Positions 14,075 to 28,739 of a stretch of DNA of 64,000 nucleotides are shown here, one piece after another (position 1 is the stretch's first letter; every line of letters begins with the position of its first letter). Made by a program: the position numbers and the translations under genes. Under the pieces are notes generated by a model. The model was not told where the DNA came from. It did no database searches and saw only the letters and a program-made list of their open reading frames with translations. The DNA comes from Convolutriloba macropyga (lineage: Eukaryota), in contig NC_134482.1 in the NCBI RefSeq assembly GCF_964194025.1, positions 29,202,001-29,266,000 of the forward strand, read 5' to 3'.

Positions 14075-14263
14075 CCCTAGTCGAGAGAGGATGTTAATCT
14101 TGCAAGATCTTGAAAGATTCTTGCAAAAAACTGTTAATCTTGCAAGATCTTGCAAGAGGATGTTAATCTTGCAAGATCTTGCAAGAGGATGTTAATCTTG
14201 CAAGATCTTGCAAGATGCTTTCAAGATTAACATCCTCTTGCAAGATCTTGCAAGATTAACATC
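14075..14263 (+). repeat. Left TIR and subterminal repeats
   Basis: CCCTAGTCGA terminus followed by multiple gatgttaatcttgcaagatcttgcaaga units in both orientations. Confidence 0.9.
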
Positions 14264-14329
14264 GAAAAACCTCCTTTATTGAATCGCTCTATGATGTTGC
14301 CGTTTTTTGACAAGTTTTGTGAACAAAAT

Positions 14330-17300
14330 AGCTTTTAATGACTCTGGCTAGTTTGTTAGGCCCTGACAAACGTCATTTCAAAGCCTCCCGTGACATCCAT
14401 CTGAAATTTTTTATTGTTTTACCTGACTTTTTTTTCAAGAAATACGCTGTTTCTCTGACTCTAAGCGCATAGAACCACCACAACGGTTCTGTACCCACGA
14501 TCTCTAATCATAAGTAGGCAGATGAGTTGAATGACAGGCCTAGATCACGCGAAAAAGTTGATCATGGGTTTTTTGTGGTGATAATATAATGGTTTTTGGT
14601 GATAAACTATGTTTATGGCGAAATTCGTAAATGGTCACTTTTCTTGGGCTTCCGATCCTTTCCAAAACCATTCTATAGCAAAACGGCACTTCTACCGGGG
14701 TTTAAAAAAGCTGGAAAAATGAAATTAGGGTGCAAAATTTGTTTGCCATAAAACATTATTTCTCTCGGGCGTAAACAGAAAATTTCATATTGACATTACA
14801 GGTGATATAGCTGTAAGACAGCAAAATCTTATAAAAAACGCTGTTTGATGGTTTTTTCATTGACATTGCTTCTAACAACTGTGGCTAGTTTGTAAGGCCC
14901 TCACGAACGTTATATCAAAGCCTCCAGTGACATCCATCTGAGCTTTTTCACTGTTTTACCTGACTTTTTTTCAAGAAAAACGCTCTTTCTCTGACTCCAA
15001 GCACATAGAACCACCACAACGGTTCCGTAACCACGATCTCTAATCATAAGTAGTCGGATGAGTTGAATGACAGGCCTAGATCACGCGAAAAAGTTTATCA
15101 TAGGTTTTTTGTGGTGATAATATAATGGTTTTTGGTGATAAACTATGTTTATGGCGAAATTCGTAAATGGTCACTTTTCTTGGGCTTCCGATCCTTTCCA
15201 AAATCATTCTATAGCAAAACGGCACTTCTACTGGGGTTTAAAAAAAGCTGGAAAAATAAAATTGGGGTGCAAAATTTTTTTGCCATAAAACATTTTTTCT
15301 CTCGGGCGTAAACAGAAAATTTCATATTGACATTACCGGTGATATAGCAGTAAGAAAGCAAAATCTTATAAAAAACGCTGTTTGATGGTTTTTTATTAAC
15401 AACGCTTCTAACGACTGTGGCTAGTTTCCTAGGCCCTGATAAACGTCATATAAAAGCCTCCAGTGACATCCATCTGAGCTTTTTTTATTGTTTGACCTGA
15501 CTTTTTTTTCAAGAAAAACGCTCTTTCTCTGACTCCAAGCACATAGAACCACCACAACGGTTCCGTAACCACGATCTCTAATCATAAGTAGTCAGATGAG
15601 TTGAATGACAGGCCTAGATCAGGCGAAAAAGTTGATCATAGGTTTTTTGTGGTGATAATATAATGGTTTTTTTGTTGATAAACTATGTTTATGGCGAAAT
15701 TCGTAAATGGTCACTTTTCTTCGGCTTCCGATCCTTTCCAAAATCATTCTATAGCAAAACGGCACTTCTATTGAGGTTTAAAAAAAGCTGGAAAAATAAA
15801 ATTGGGGTGCAAAATTTTTTTGCCATAAAACATTTTTTCTCGGGCGTAAACAGAAAATTTCATATTGACATTATCTGTGATATAGCAGTAAGAAAGCAAA
15901 ATCTTATAAAAAACGCTGTTTGATGGTTTTTTCATTGACATAGCTTCTAACAACTGTGGCTAGTTTGTAAGGCCCTGACGAACGTTATATCAAAGCCTCC
16001 AGTGACATCCATCTGAGCTTTTTCACTGTTTTACCTGACTTTTTTTTCAAGAAAAACGCTCTTTCTCTGACTCAAAGCACATAGAACCACCACAACGGTT
16101 CCGTAACCACGATCTCTAATCATAAGTAGTCAGATGAGTTGAATGACACGCCTAGATCACGCGAAAAAGTTGATCATAGGTTTTTTGTGGTGATAATATA
16201 ATGGTTTTTGGTGATAAACTATGTTTATGGCGAAATTCGTAAATGGTCACTTTTCTTGGGCTTCCGATCCTTTCCAAAATCATTCTATAGCAAAACGGCA
16301 CTTCTACTGGGGTTTAAAAAAAGCTGGAAAAATAAAATTGGGGTGCAAAATTTTTTTGCCATAAAACATTTTTTCTCTCGGGCGTAAACAGAAAATTTCA
16401 TATTGACATTACCGGTGATATAGCAGTAAGAAAGCAAAATCTTATAAAAAACGCTGTTTGAAGGTTTTTTATTAACAAAGCTTCTAACGACTGTGGCTAG
16501 TTTCCTAGGCCCTGATAAACGTCATATAAAAGCCTCCAGTGACATCCATCTGAGCTTTTTTATTGTTTGACCCGACTTTTTTTTCAAGAAAAACGCTCTT
16601 TCTCTGACTCCAAGCACATAGAACCACCACAACGGTTCCGTAACCACGATCTCTAATCATAAGTAGTCAGATGAGTTGAATGACAGGCCTAGATCAGGCG
16701 AAAAAGTTGATCATAGGTTTTTGTGGTGATAATATAATGGTTTTTGGTGATAAACTATGTTTATGGCGAAATTCGTAAATGGTCACTTTTCTTCGGCTTC
16801 CGATCCTTTCCAAAATCATTCTATAGCAAAACGGCACTTTTATTGAGGTTTAAAAAAAGCTGGAAAAATAAAATTGGGGTGCAAAATTTTTTTGCCATAA
16901 AACATTTTTTCTCGGGCGTAAACAGAAAATTTCATATTGACATTATCTGTGATATAGCAGTAAGAAAGGAAAATCTTATAAAAAACGCTGTTTGATGGTT
17001 TTTTCATTAACAAAGCTTCTAACGACTGTGGCTAGTTTCCTAGGCCCTGATAAACGTAATATCGAAGCCTCCAGTGACATCCATCTGAGCTTTTTTATTG
17101 TTTTACCTGACTTTTTTTCAAGAAAAACGCTCTTTCTCTGACTCCAAGCGCATAGAACCACCACAACGGTTCCGTAACCACGATCTCTAATCATAAGTAG
17201 TCAGATGAGTTGAATGACAGGCCTAGATCACTTGAAAAAGTTGATCATAGGTTTTTTGTGGTGATAATATAATGGTTTTTGGTGATAAACTATGTTTATG

Positions 17301-20300
17301 GCGAAATTCGTAAATGGTCACTTTTCTTGGGCTTCCGATCATTTCCAAAATCATTCTATAGCAAAACGGCACTTCTACTGGGGCTTAAAAAAAGCTGGAA
17401 AAATAAAATTGGGGTGCAAAATTTTTTTGCCAAAAACATTTTTTCTCTCGGGCGTAAACAGAAAATTTCATATTGACATTACAGGTGATATAGCAGTAAG
17501 AAAGCAAAATCTTATAAAAAACGCTGTTTGATGGTTTTTTCCTTAACATAGCTTCTAACGACTGTGGCTAGTTTGTAAGGCCCTGACGAACGTTATATCA
17601 AAGCCTCCAGTGACATCAATCTGAGCTTTTTTACTGTTTTACCTGACTTTTTTTTCAAGAAAAACGCTCTTTCTCTGACTCCAAGCGCATAGAACCACCA
17701 CAACGGTTCCGCAACCACGATCTCTAATCATAAGTAGTCAGATGAGTTGAATGAAAGGCCTGGATCACGCGAAAAAGTTGATCATAGGTTTTTTGTGGTG
17801 ATAATATAATGGTTTTTGGTGATAAACTATGTTTATGGCGAAATTCGTAAATGGTTACTTTTCTTGGGCTTCCGATCCTTTCCAAAACCATTCTATAGCA
17901 AAACGGCACTTCTACCGGGGTTTAAAAAAAGCTGAAAAATAAAATTAGGGTGCAAAATTTTTTTGCCATAAAACATTTTTTCTCTCGGGCGTAAACAGAA
18001 AATTTCATATTGACATTACCGGTGATATAGCAGTAAGAAAGCAAAATCTTATAAAAAACGCTGTTTGATGGTTTTTTCATTAACAACGCTTCTAACGATT
18101 GTGGCTAGTTTCCTAGGCCCTGATAAACGTCATATCAAAGCCTCCAGTGACATCCATCTGAGCTTTTTTATTGTTTGACCTGACTTTTTTTTCAAGAAAA
18201 ACGCTCTTTCTCTGACTCCAAGCGCTTAGAACCACCACAACGGTTCCGTAACCACAATCTCTAATCATAAGTAGTCAGATGAGTTGAATGAAAGGCCTGG
18301 ATCACGCGAAAAAATTGATCATAGGTTTTTTGTGGTGATAATATAATGGTTTTTGGTGATAAACTATGTTTATTGCGAAATTCGTAAATGGTCACTTTTC
18401 TTGGGCTTCCGATCCTTTCCAAAACCATTCTATAGCAAAACGGCACTTCTACCGGGGTTTAAAAAAAGCTGGAAAAATAAAATTAGGGTGCAAAATATTT
18501 TTGCCATAAAACATTTTTTCTCTCGGGCGTAAACAGAAAATTTCATATTGACATTACAGGTGATATAGCAGTAAGAAAGCAAAATCTTATAAAAAACGCT
18601 GTTTGATGGTTTTTTCCTTAACATAGCTTCTAACGACTGTGGCTAGTTTGTAAGGCCCTGACGAACGTTATATCAAAGCCTCCAGTGACATCAATCTGAG
18701 CTTTTTTACTGTTTTACCTGACTTTTTTTTCAAGAAAAACGCTCTTTCTCTGACTCCAAGCGCATAGAACCACCACAACGGTTCCGCAACCACGATCTCT
18801 AATCATAAGTAGTCAGATGAGTTGAATGAAAGGCCTGGATCACGCGAAAAAGTTGATCATAGGTTTTTTGTGGTGATAATATAATGGTTTTTGGTGATAA
18901 ACTATGTTTATGGCGAAATTCGTAAATGGTTACTTTTCTTGGGCTTCCGATCCTTTCCAAAACCATTCTATAGCAAAACGGCACTTCTACCGGGGTTTAA
19001 AAAAAGCTGAAAAATAAAATTAGGGTGCAAAATTTTTTTGCCATAAAACATTTTTTCTCTCGGGCGTAAACAGAAAATTTCATATTGACATTACCGGTGA
19101 TATAGCAGTAAGAAAGCAAAATCTTATAAAAAACGCTGTTTGATGGTTTTTTCATTAACAACGCTTCTAACGATTGTGGCTAGTTTCCTAGGCCCTGATA
19201 AACGTCATATCAAAGCCTCCAGTGACATCCATCTGAGCTTTTTTATTGTTTGACCTGACTTTTTTTTCAAGAAAAACGCTCTTTCTCTGACTCCAAGCGC
19301 TTAGAACCACCACAACGGTTCCGTAACCACAATCTCTAATCATAAGTAGTCAGATGAGTTGAATGAAAGGCCTGGATCACGCGAAAAAATTGATCATAGG
19401 TTTTTTGTGGTGATAATATAATGGTTTTTGGTGATAAACTATGTTTATTGCGAAATTCGTAAATGGTCACTTTTCTTGGGCTTCCGATCCTTTCCAAAAC
19501 CATTCTATAGCAAAACGGCACTTCTACCGGGGTTTAAAAAAAGCTGGAAAAATAAAATTAGGGTGCAAAATATTTTTGCCATAAAACATTTTTTCTCTCG
19601 GGCGTAAACAGAAAATTTCATATTGACATTACCGGTGATATAGCAGTAAGAAAGCAAAATCTTATAAAAAACGCTGTTTGATGGTTTTTTCATTAACAAC
19701 GCTTCTAACGATTGTGGCTAGTTTCCTAGGCCCTGATAAACGTCATATCAAAGCCTCCAGTGACATCCATCTGAGCTTTTTTATTGTTTGACCTGACTTT
19801 TTTTTCAAGAAAAACGCTCTTTCTCTGACTCCAAGCACATAGAACCACCACAACGGTTCCGTAACCACGATCTCTAATCATAGGTAGTCAGATGAGTTCA
19901 ATGACAGGCCTAGATCACGCGAAAAAGTTGATCATAGGTTTTTTGTGGGGATAATATAATGGTTTTTGGTGATAAACTATGTTTATGGCGAAATTCGTAA
20001 ATGGTCACTTTTCTTCGGCTTCCGATCCTTTCCAAAATCATTCTATATCAAAACGGCACTTCTATTGAGGTTTAAAAAAAGCTGGAAAAATAAAATTGGG
20101 GTTTAAAATTTTTTTGCCAAAAAACCTTTTTTCTCTCGGGCGTAAACAGAAAATTTCATATTGACATTACCGGTGATATAGCAGTAAGAAAGCAAAATCT
20201 TATAAAAAACGCTGTTTGATGGTTTTTTCATTAACAAAGCTTCTAACGACTGTGGCTAGTTTCCTAGGCCCTGATAAACGTCATATCAAAGCCTCCAGTG

Positions 20301-23300
20301 ACATCCATCTGAGCTTTTTTATTGTTTGACCTGACTTTTTTTCAAGAAAAACGCTCTTTCTCTGACTCCAAGTACATAGAACCACCACAACGGTTCCGTA
20401 ACCACGATCTCTAATCATAAATAGTCAGATGAGTTGATTGAAAGGCCTAGATCACGCGAAAAAGTTGATCATAGATTTTTTGTGGTGATAATATAATGGT
20501 TTTTGGTGATAAACTATGTTTATGGCGAAATTCGTAAATGGTCACTTTTCTTGGGCTTCCGATCCTTTCCAAAACCATTCTATAGCAAAACGGCACTTCT
20601 ACCGGGGTTTAAAAAAAGCTTAAAAAATAGAATTAGGGTGCAAAATTTTTTTGCCATAAAACATTTTTTCTCTCGGGCGTAAACAGAAAATTTCATATTG
20701 ACATTACCGGTGATATAGCAGTAAGAAAGCAAATTCTTATAAAAAACGCTGTTTGATGGTTTTTTATTAACAACGCTTCTAACGACTGTGGCTAGTTTCC
20801 TAGGCCCTGATAAACGTCATATAAAAGCCTCCAGTGACATCCATCTGAGCTTTTTTATTGTTTGACCTGACTTTTTTTCAAGAAAAACGCTCTTTCTCTG
20901 ACTCCAAGCACATAGAACCACCACAACGGTTCCGTAACCACGATCTCTAATCATAAGTAGTCAGATGAGTTGAATGACAGGCCTAGATCAGGCGAAAAAG
21001 TTGATCATAGGTTTTTTGTGGTGATAATATAATGGTTTTTGGTGATAAACTATTTTTATGGCGAAATTCGTAAATGGTCACTTTTCTTGGGCTTCCGATC
21101 CTTTCCAAAATCATTCTATAGCAAAACGGCACTTCTACTGGGGTTTAAAAAAAGCTGGAAAAATAAAATTGGGGTGCAAAATTTTTTTGCCATAAAACAC
21201 TTTTTCTCTCGGGCGTAAACAGAAAATTTCATATTGACATTACCGGTGATATAGCAGTAAGAAAGCAAAATCTTATAAAAAACGCTGTTTGATGGTTTTT
21301 TCATTAACAAAGCTTCTAACGACTGTGGCTAGTTTCCTAGGCCCTTATAAACGTCATATCAAAGCCTCCAGTGACATCCATCTGAGCTTTTTTATTGTTT
21401 GACCTGACTTTTTTTTCAAGAAAAACGCTCTTTCTCTGACTCCAAGCTCATAGAACCACCACAACGGTTCCGTAACCACGATCTCTAATCATAGGTAGTC
21501 AGATGAGTTGAATGACAGGCCTAGATCACGCGAAAAAGTTGATCATAGGTTTTTTGCGGTGATAATATAATGGTTTTTGGTGATAAACTATGTTTATGGC
21601 GAAATTCGTAAATGGTCACTTTTCTTGGGCTTCCGATCCTTTCCAAAACCATTCTATAGCAAAACGGCACTTCTACCGGGGTTTAAAAAAGCTGGAAAAA
21701 TAAAATTAGGGTGCAAAATTTTTTTGCCATAAAACATTTTTTCTCTCGGGCGTAAACAGAAAATTTCATATTGACATTACCGGTGATATAGCAGTAAGAA
21801 AGCAAAATCTTATAAAAAACGCTGTTTGATGGTTTTTTATTAACAACGCTTCTAACGACTGTGGCTAGTTTCCTAGGCCCTGATAAACGTCATATAAAAG
21901 CCTCCAGTGACATCCATCTGAGCTTTTTTATTGTTTGACCTGACTTTTTTTTCAAGAAAAACGCTCTTTCTCTGACTCCAAGCACATAGAACCACCACAA
22001 CGGTTCCGTAACCACGATCTCTAATCATAAGTAGTCAGATGAGTTGAATGACAGGCCTAGATCAGGCGAAAAAGTTGATCATAGGTTTTTTGTGGTGATA
22101 ATATAATGGTTTTTGGTGATAAACTATGTTTATGGCGAAATTCGCAATTGGTCACTTTTCTTGGGCTTCCGATCCTTTCCAAAATCATTCTATAGCAAAA
22201 CGGCACTTCTACTGAAGATAACAGAAAACTGGAATAATAAAATTGGTGTGCAAAATTTTTTGCCATAAAACATTTTTTCTCTCTGGCCTAAACAAGAAAT
22301 TTCATATTGACCTTACCGGTGATATAGCAGTAAGAAAACAAAATCTTATAAAAAACGTTGTATGATGATTTTTTTATTAATACAGCTTTTGATGACTGTG
22401 GCTAGTTTGATAGGCCCTGATAAACGTCATATTGAAGCCTCCAGTGACATCCATCTGAGATTTTTTATTGTTTTAACTGATTTTTTTTCAAGAAAAACGC
22501 TGTTTCTCTGACTCCAAGCACGTAGAACCACCACAACGGTTCCGTAACCACGATCTTTATTCAAAAGTAGCCAGATGAGTTGAATGAAAGGCCTAGATCA
22601 AGTGAAAAAGTTGATCATAGTTTTTATGTGGTGATAATATAACGGTTTTTGGTGATATACTATGTTTATGGCGGAATTCGTAATTGTTCACCTTTCTTGG
22701 GCTTCCGATCCTTTCCAAAATGACTCTATAGCCAAACGGCACTTCTACGGGGGTTTAAAAAAAATCTGGAATAATAAAATTGGAGTGCAATTTTTTTGCC
22801 ATAAAACATTTTTTCTCTCGGGCCTAAACACAAAATTTCATGTTGACCTTACCGGTGATGTAGCAGTAAGAAAACAAAATCTGATAAAAAACGTTGCTTC
22901 ATGGATTTTTTTAATATTACGGCATTCAATGACTGTGGCTAGTTTGTTAGGCCCTGATAAACGTCATATCAGGGGCCTCCAGTGACATCAATCTGAGCTT
23001 TTTTTTATTGTTGTATCTGATTTTTTTTCAAGAAAAACGCTGTTTCTCTGACTCCAAGCACATAGAACTACCACAACGGTTCCGTAACCACGATCTCTAT
23101 TCATAAGCAGTCAGATGAGTTGAAAAACAGGCCTAGATTGCGCGAAAAAGTTGACCATAGTTTTTATGTGGTGATAATATAACGGTTTCTGGTGATATAC
23201 AATGTTTATGGCGAAATTCGCAATTGGTCACTTTTCTTGGGCTTCCGATCCTTTCCAAAATCATTCTATAGCAAAACGGCACTTCTACTGAGGATAACAG

Positions 23301-25970
23301 AAAACTGGAATAATAAAATTGGTGTGCAAAATTTTTTGCCATAAAACATTTTTTCTCTCTGGCCTAAACAAGAAATTTCATATTGACCTTACCGGTGATA
23401 TAGCAGTAAGAAAACAAAATCTTATAAAAAACGTTGTATGATGATTTTTTTTATTAAAACAGCTTTTGATGACGGTGGCTAGTTTGATAGGCCCTGATAA
23501 ACGACATATTGAAGCCTCCAGTGACATCCATCTGAACTTTTTTATTGTTTTAACTGATTTTTTTTCAAGAAAAACGCTGTTTCTCTGACTCCAAGCACGT
23601 AGAACCACCACAACGGTTCCGTAACCACGATCTTTTTTCAAAAGTAGCCAGATGAGTTGAATGAAAGGCCTAGATCAAGCGAAAAAGTTGATCATAGTTT
23701 TTATGTGGTGATAATATAACGGTTTTTGGTGATATACTATGTTTATGGCGGAATTCGTAATTGTTCACCTTTCTTGGGCTTCCGATCCTTTCCAAAATGA
23801 CTCTATAGCCAAACCGCACTTCTACGGGGGTTTAAAAAAAAGCTGGAATAATAAAATTGGAGTGCAATTTTTTTGCCATAAAACATTTTTTCTCTCGGGC
23901 CTAAACACAAAATTTCATGTTGACCTTACCGGTGATATAGCAGTAAGAAAACAAAATCTGATAAAAAAACGTTGCTTCATGGATTTTTTTATTATTACGG
24001 CTTTCAATGACTGTGGCTAGTTTGTTAGGCACTGATAAACGTCATATCAGGGGCCTCCAGTGACATCAATCTGAGCTTTTTTTTATTGTTGTATCTGATT
24101 TTTTTTTCAAGAAAAACGCTGTTTCTCTGACTCCAAGCACATAGAACTACCACAACGGTTCCGTAACCACGATCTCTATTCATAAGCAGTCAGATGAGTT
24201 GAAAAACAGGCCTAGATTGCGCGAAAAAGTTGACCATAGTTTTTATGTGGTGATAATATAACGGTTTCTGGTGATATACTATGTTTATGGCGAAATTCGC
24301 AATTGGTCACTTTTCTTGGGCTTCCGATCCTTTCCAAAATCATTCTATAGCAAAACGGCACTTCTACTGAGGATAACAGAAAACTGGAATAATAAAATTG
24401 GTGTGCAAAATTTTTTGCCATAAAACATTTTTTCTCTCTGGCCTAAACAAGAAATTTCATATTGACCTTACCGGTGATATAGCAGTAAGAAAACAAAATC
24501 TTATAAAAAACGTTGTATGATGATTTTTTTATTAATACAGCTTTTGATGACTGTGGCTAGTTTGATAGGCCCTGATAAACGTCATATTGAAGCCTCCAGT
24601 GAGTGACATCCATCTGAGCTTTTTTATTGTTTTAACTGATTTTTTTTCAAGAAAAACGCTGTTTCTCTGACTCCAAGCACGTAGAACCACCACAACGGTT
24701 CCGTAACCACGATCTTTATTCAAAAGTAGCCAGATGAGTTGAATGAAAGGCCTAGATCAAGCGAAAAAGTTGATCATAGTTTTTATGTGGTGATAATATA
24801 ACGGTTTTTGGTGATATACTATGTTTATGGCGGAATTCGTAATTGTTCACCTTTCTTGGGCTTCCGATCCTTTCCAAAATGACTCTATAGCCAAACGGCA
24901 CTTCTACGGGGGTTTAAAAAAAAGCTGGAACAATAAAATTGGAGTGCATTTTTTTTGCCATAAAACATTTTTTCTCTCGGGCCTAAACACAAAATTTCAT
25001 GTTGACCTTACCGGTGATATAGCAGTAAGAAAACAAAATCTGATAAAAAACGTTGCTTCATGGATTTTTTTATTATTACGGCTTTCAATGACTGTGGCTA
25101 GTTTGTTAGGCCCTGATAAACGTCATATCAGGGGCCTCCAATGACATCAATCTGAGCTTTTTTTTATTGTTGTATCTGATTTTTTTTCAAGAAAAACGCT
25201 GTTTCTCTGACTCCAAGCACATAGAACTACCACAACGGTTCCGTAACCACGATCTCTATTCATAAGCAGTCAGATGAGTTGAAAAACAGGCCTAGATTGC
25301 GCGAAAGTTGACCATAGGCTTTTTATGGTGATAATATAACGTTTTTTAGTGATCTACTAAGTTTTTGGCGAAGTTCGTAAATAGTCACATTTCTTGAGCT
25401 TCCAGTCCTTTCCAAAATCATTCTATAGCAAAACTGCACTTCTACTGAGGCTAACAAAAGCTGGAAAACTGAAATGGGGTCCCAAAAATAATTTTTGGCC
25501 TTAAAACAATCATTGTCTCGGGCCTAAACGGAAAATTTCATTTTGACTGTACCGGTGATAAGAATACAAAATATTATTAAAAAAATGTTGTTTGATGGTT
25601 TTCTCACACAAAATAGCTTTCAATGACTGTGGTTAGGTTGTTAGGATCTGATAAACGTCATATCAAAGCCTCCAGTAATATCCATCCAAGCTTTTATTTT
25701 GTTTTGTCTGACTTTTTCCAAGAAAATCACTGCTTCTATGACTCGAAGCGCATGGAATCACAACAAGGGTCCAGTTATTTTAATCGCTAAATATACATCA
25801 ATATCGGATATATATCAGGGGTCTATTAGACCAAAAAAGGTGACCATAAGTTCTTTGTGGCGACAACAGAACGCTTTTTGATGGTATAATATGTACAAGG
25901 CGAAATTCGAAATTGTAACTCTTCTTTAACCTAGGAACCATTCCAAACTCATTCTATGGCAAATCGGCAC
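14330..25970. repeat. AT-rich satellite array, ~537-bp monomer, about 22 copies
   Basis: The marker gaaccaccacaacgg recurs every ~537 bp from ~14471 to ~25223, plus a degenerate copy near 25754. Repeated shadow ORFs confirm the period. Confidence 0.95.
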
Positions 25971-28264
25971 TATTAATTTACCGGCAAGAAGTACCATGTG
26001 TTGTTTTCTTGCGAAAACCATTTTTGGTTGTGCTAATACCGGTGTTTTCAGTTGTCTAACAAAGGAAATTGGCAAAAAACAATGTTCGAAGCGTTTTGTT
26101 TGAGTTATACCGTGACCACTGCTTCATATAATTAAAACTCAATAACATCGATACACAGTGAACAGTAAAAGACCAGTAGAAGTAATTTGTTTCATGATTT
26201 GACTGCATACAAAAGGTTTAAACGTCCAAGTTTTGAAGTTTCGGGAGTTCGGTTTAGTCAGCTCCAAACTCCCTGTTTTCAGGTTTTTCCTGTTTCCGCT
26301 CAATCATGGGTTGGAAAACAGTGTATCTAGCATTTTTTAGACCTCCACTTGGCCACCTAACATGCTGATGATAGCTGATTTGCGAATTTACAATTTATGA
26401 ACTTTTCTTTGATTTTGAACGTTTTTTTTATGCAAAAAGACAAACATTCAGTGAAATTGTAGTGCAGGGTCACGAAGACTTTTGAAAGAGTTGCATAGGT
26501 AGGAGTGACTCTTAGAATGGCCCGGACAACAAAAGTCCAGCCATTGAATTGCGTTGCAAAGGCTGGTATTGGTGATTTCGGGGGTTTTGATGGTACTGGA
26601 TCGGAGAGCAATTTTTTTGCCATAAAACATTTTTTCTCTCGGGCCTAAACACAAAATTTCATGTTGACCTTACCGGTGATATAGCAGTAAGAAAACAAAA
26701 TCTGATAAAAAACGTTGCTTCATGGATTTTTTATTATTACGGCTTTCAATGACTGTGGCTAGTTTGTTAGGCCCTGATAAACGTCATATCAGGGGCCTCC
26801 AGTGACATCAATCTGAGCTTTTTTTTATTGTGGTATCTGATTTTTTTTCAAGAAAAACGCTGTTTCTCTGACTCCAAGCACATAGAACTACCACAACGGT
26901 TCCGTAACCACGATCTCTATTCATAAGCAGTCAGATGAGTTGAAAAACAGGCCTAGATTGCGCGAAAGTTGATCATAGGCTTTTTATGGTGATAATATAA
27001 CGTTTTTTGGTGATCTACTAAGTTTATGGCGAAGTTCGTAAATAGTCACATTTCTTGAGCTTCCAGTCCTTTCCAAAATCATTCTATAGCAAAACTGCAC
27101 TTCTACTGAGGCTAACAAAAGCTGGAAAACTGAAATGGGGTCCCAAAAATAATTTTTGGCCTTAAAACAATCATTGTCTCGGGCCTAAACGGAAAATTTC
27201 ATTTTGACTGTACCGGTGATAAGAATACAAAATATTATTAAAAAAATGTTGTTTGATGGTTTTCTCACACAAAATAGCTTTCAATGACTGTGGTTAGGTT
27301 GTTAGGATCTGATAAACGTCATATCAAAGCCTCCAGTAATATCCATCCAAGCTTTTATTTTGTTTTGTCTGACTTTTTCCAAGAAAATCACTGCTTCTAT
27401 GACTCGAAGCGCATGGAATCACAACAAGGGTCCAGTTATTTTAATCGCTAAATATACATCAATATCGGATATATATCAGGGGTCTATTAGACCAAAAAAG
27501 GTGACCATAAGTTCTTTGTGGCGACAACAGAACGCTTTTTGATGGTATAATATGTACAAGGCGAAATTCGAAATTGTAACTCTTCTTTAACCTAGGAACC
27601 ATTCCAAACTCATTCTATGGCAAATCGGCACTATTAATTTACCGGCAAGAAGTACCATGTGTTGTTTTCTTGTGAAAACCATTTTTGGTTGTGCTAATAC
27701 CGGTGTTTTCAGTTGTCTAACAAAGGAAATTGGCAAAAAACAATGTTCGAAGCGTTTTGTTTGAGTTATACCGTGACCACTGCTTCATATAATTAAAACT
27801 CAATAACATCGATACACAGTGAACAGTAAAAGACCAGTAGAAGTAATTTGTTTCATGATTTGACTGCATACAAAAGGTTTAAACGTCCAAGTTTTGAAGT
27901 TTCGGGAGTTCGGTTTAGTCAGCTCCAAACTCCCTGTTTTCAGGTTTTTCCTGTTTCCGCTCAATCATGGGTTGGAAAACAGTGTATCTAGCATTTTTTA
28001 GACCTCCATTTGGCCACCTAACATGCTGATGATAGCTGATTTGCGAATTTACAATTTATTAACTTTTCTTTGATTTTGAACGTTTTTTTTTATGCAAAAA
28101 GACAAACATTCAGTGAAATTGTAGTGCAGGGTCACGAAGACTTTTGAAAGAGTTGCATAGGTAGGAGTGACTCTTAGAATGGCCCGGACAACAAAAGTCC
28201 AGCCATTGAATTGCGTTGCAAAGGCTGGTATTGGTGATTTCGGGGGTTTTGATGGTACTGGATC
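24941..28264. repeat. Recent ~1661-bp tandem duplication covering the satellite end and adjacent unique DNA
   Basis: Identical ORFs at 25699 and 27360 (offset 1661). At the junction near 26603, ggtactggatcg runs back into satellite sequence. Confidence 0.92.
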
Positions 28265-28739
28265 GAGTAATTTTCGAAAATTTCGATGAAATTGAGTGCT
28301 TTTGAAAAGTACTCCAAAAGTACTGAACGCAATTGAGCATGTGTGGTATCGTTGAACTCAGCAAGAGCTCTTCTTTGTTTGAGCCACCGGTGAAGTGCGT
28401 AGTATTGGTCGCTGAGAAAATATTAACCCCTGATTTCAGGCAAAATGCTTAATTTTGACCCTCTTTTTCACCGCACGAATGGTACCTTTATATAAGCGGT
28501 TTTTGTAGATGTACTATAGCAATTTACAACCCTCGTCATCTCCACAGTTGAGCCCCATAAGTTTTCCTATGCGTTTTCTGGAGTTGTGTGGGTGAAATTT
28601 GACGATGTACGTCGCGAACCAGGTCAAATTTAGGCTATGTTACAAAACGGTATTTTTGAAATATCTCATTGTTGACTGAACCAATTTCTGTTCTGTTTGA
28701 AGATTATGACAGGTTATATATTGCTGTTGAAGGCCCAGG

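Noticed and set aside
14090-14263. CRISPR-like short palindromic repeats
   Set aside because: There are no unique spacers and no cas genes, and the context is eukaryotic. They are explained as subterminal repeats.
15663-25144. Repeated 60-107 aa ORFs in satellite A
   Set aside because: These are shadows of the tandem repeat. Frames shift with homopolymer length between monomers, and there are no protein motifs.
14330-25970. The 537-bp monomer as three 179-bp subunits
   Set aside because: I could not see convincing internal periodicity by eye. A self dot plot would be needed.
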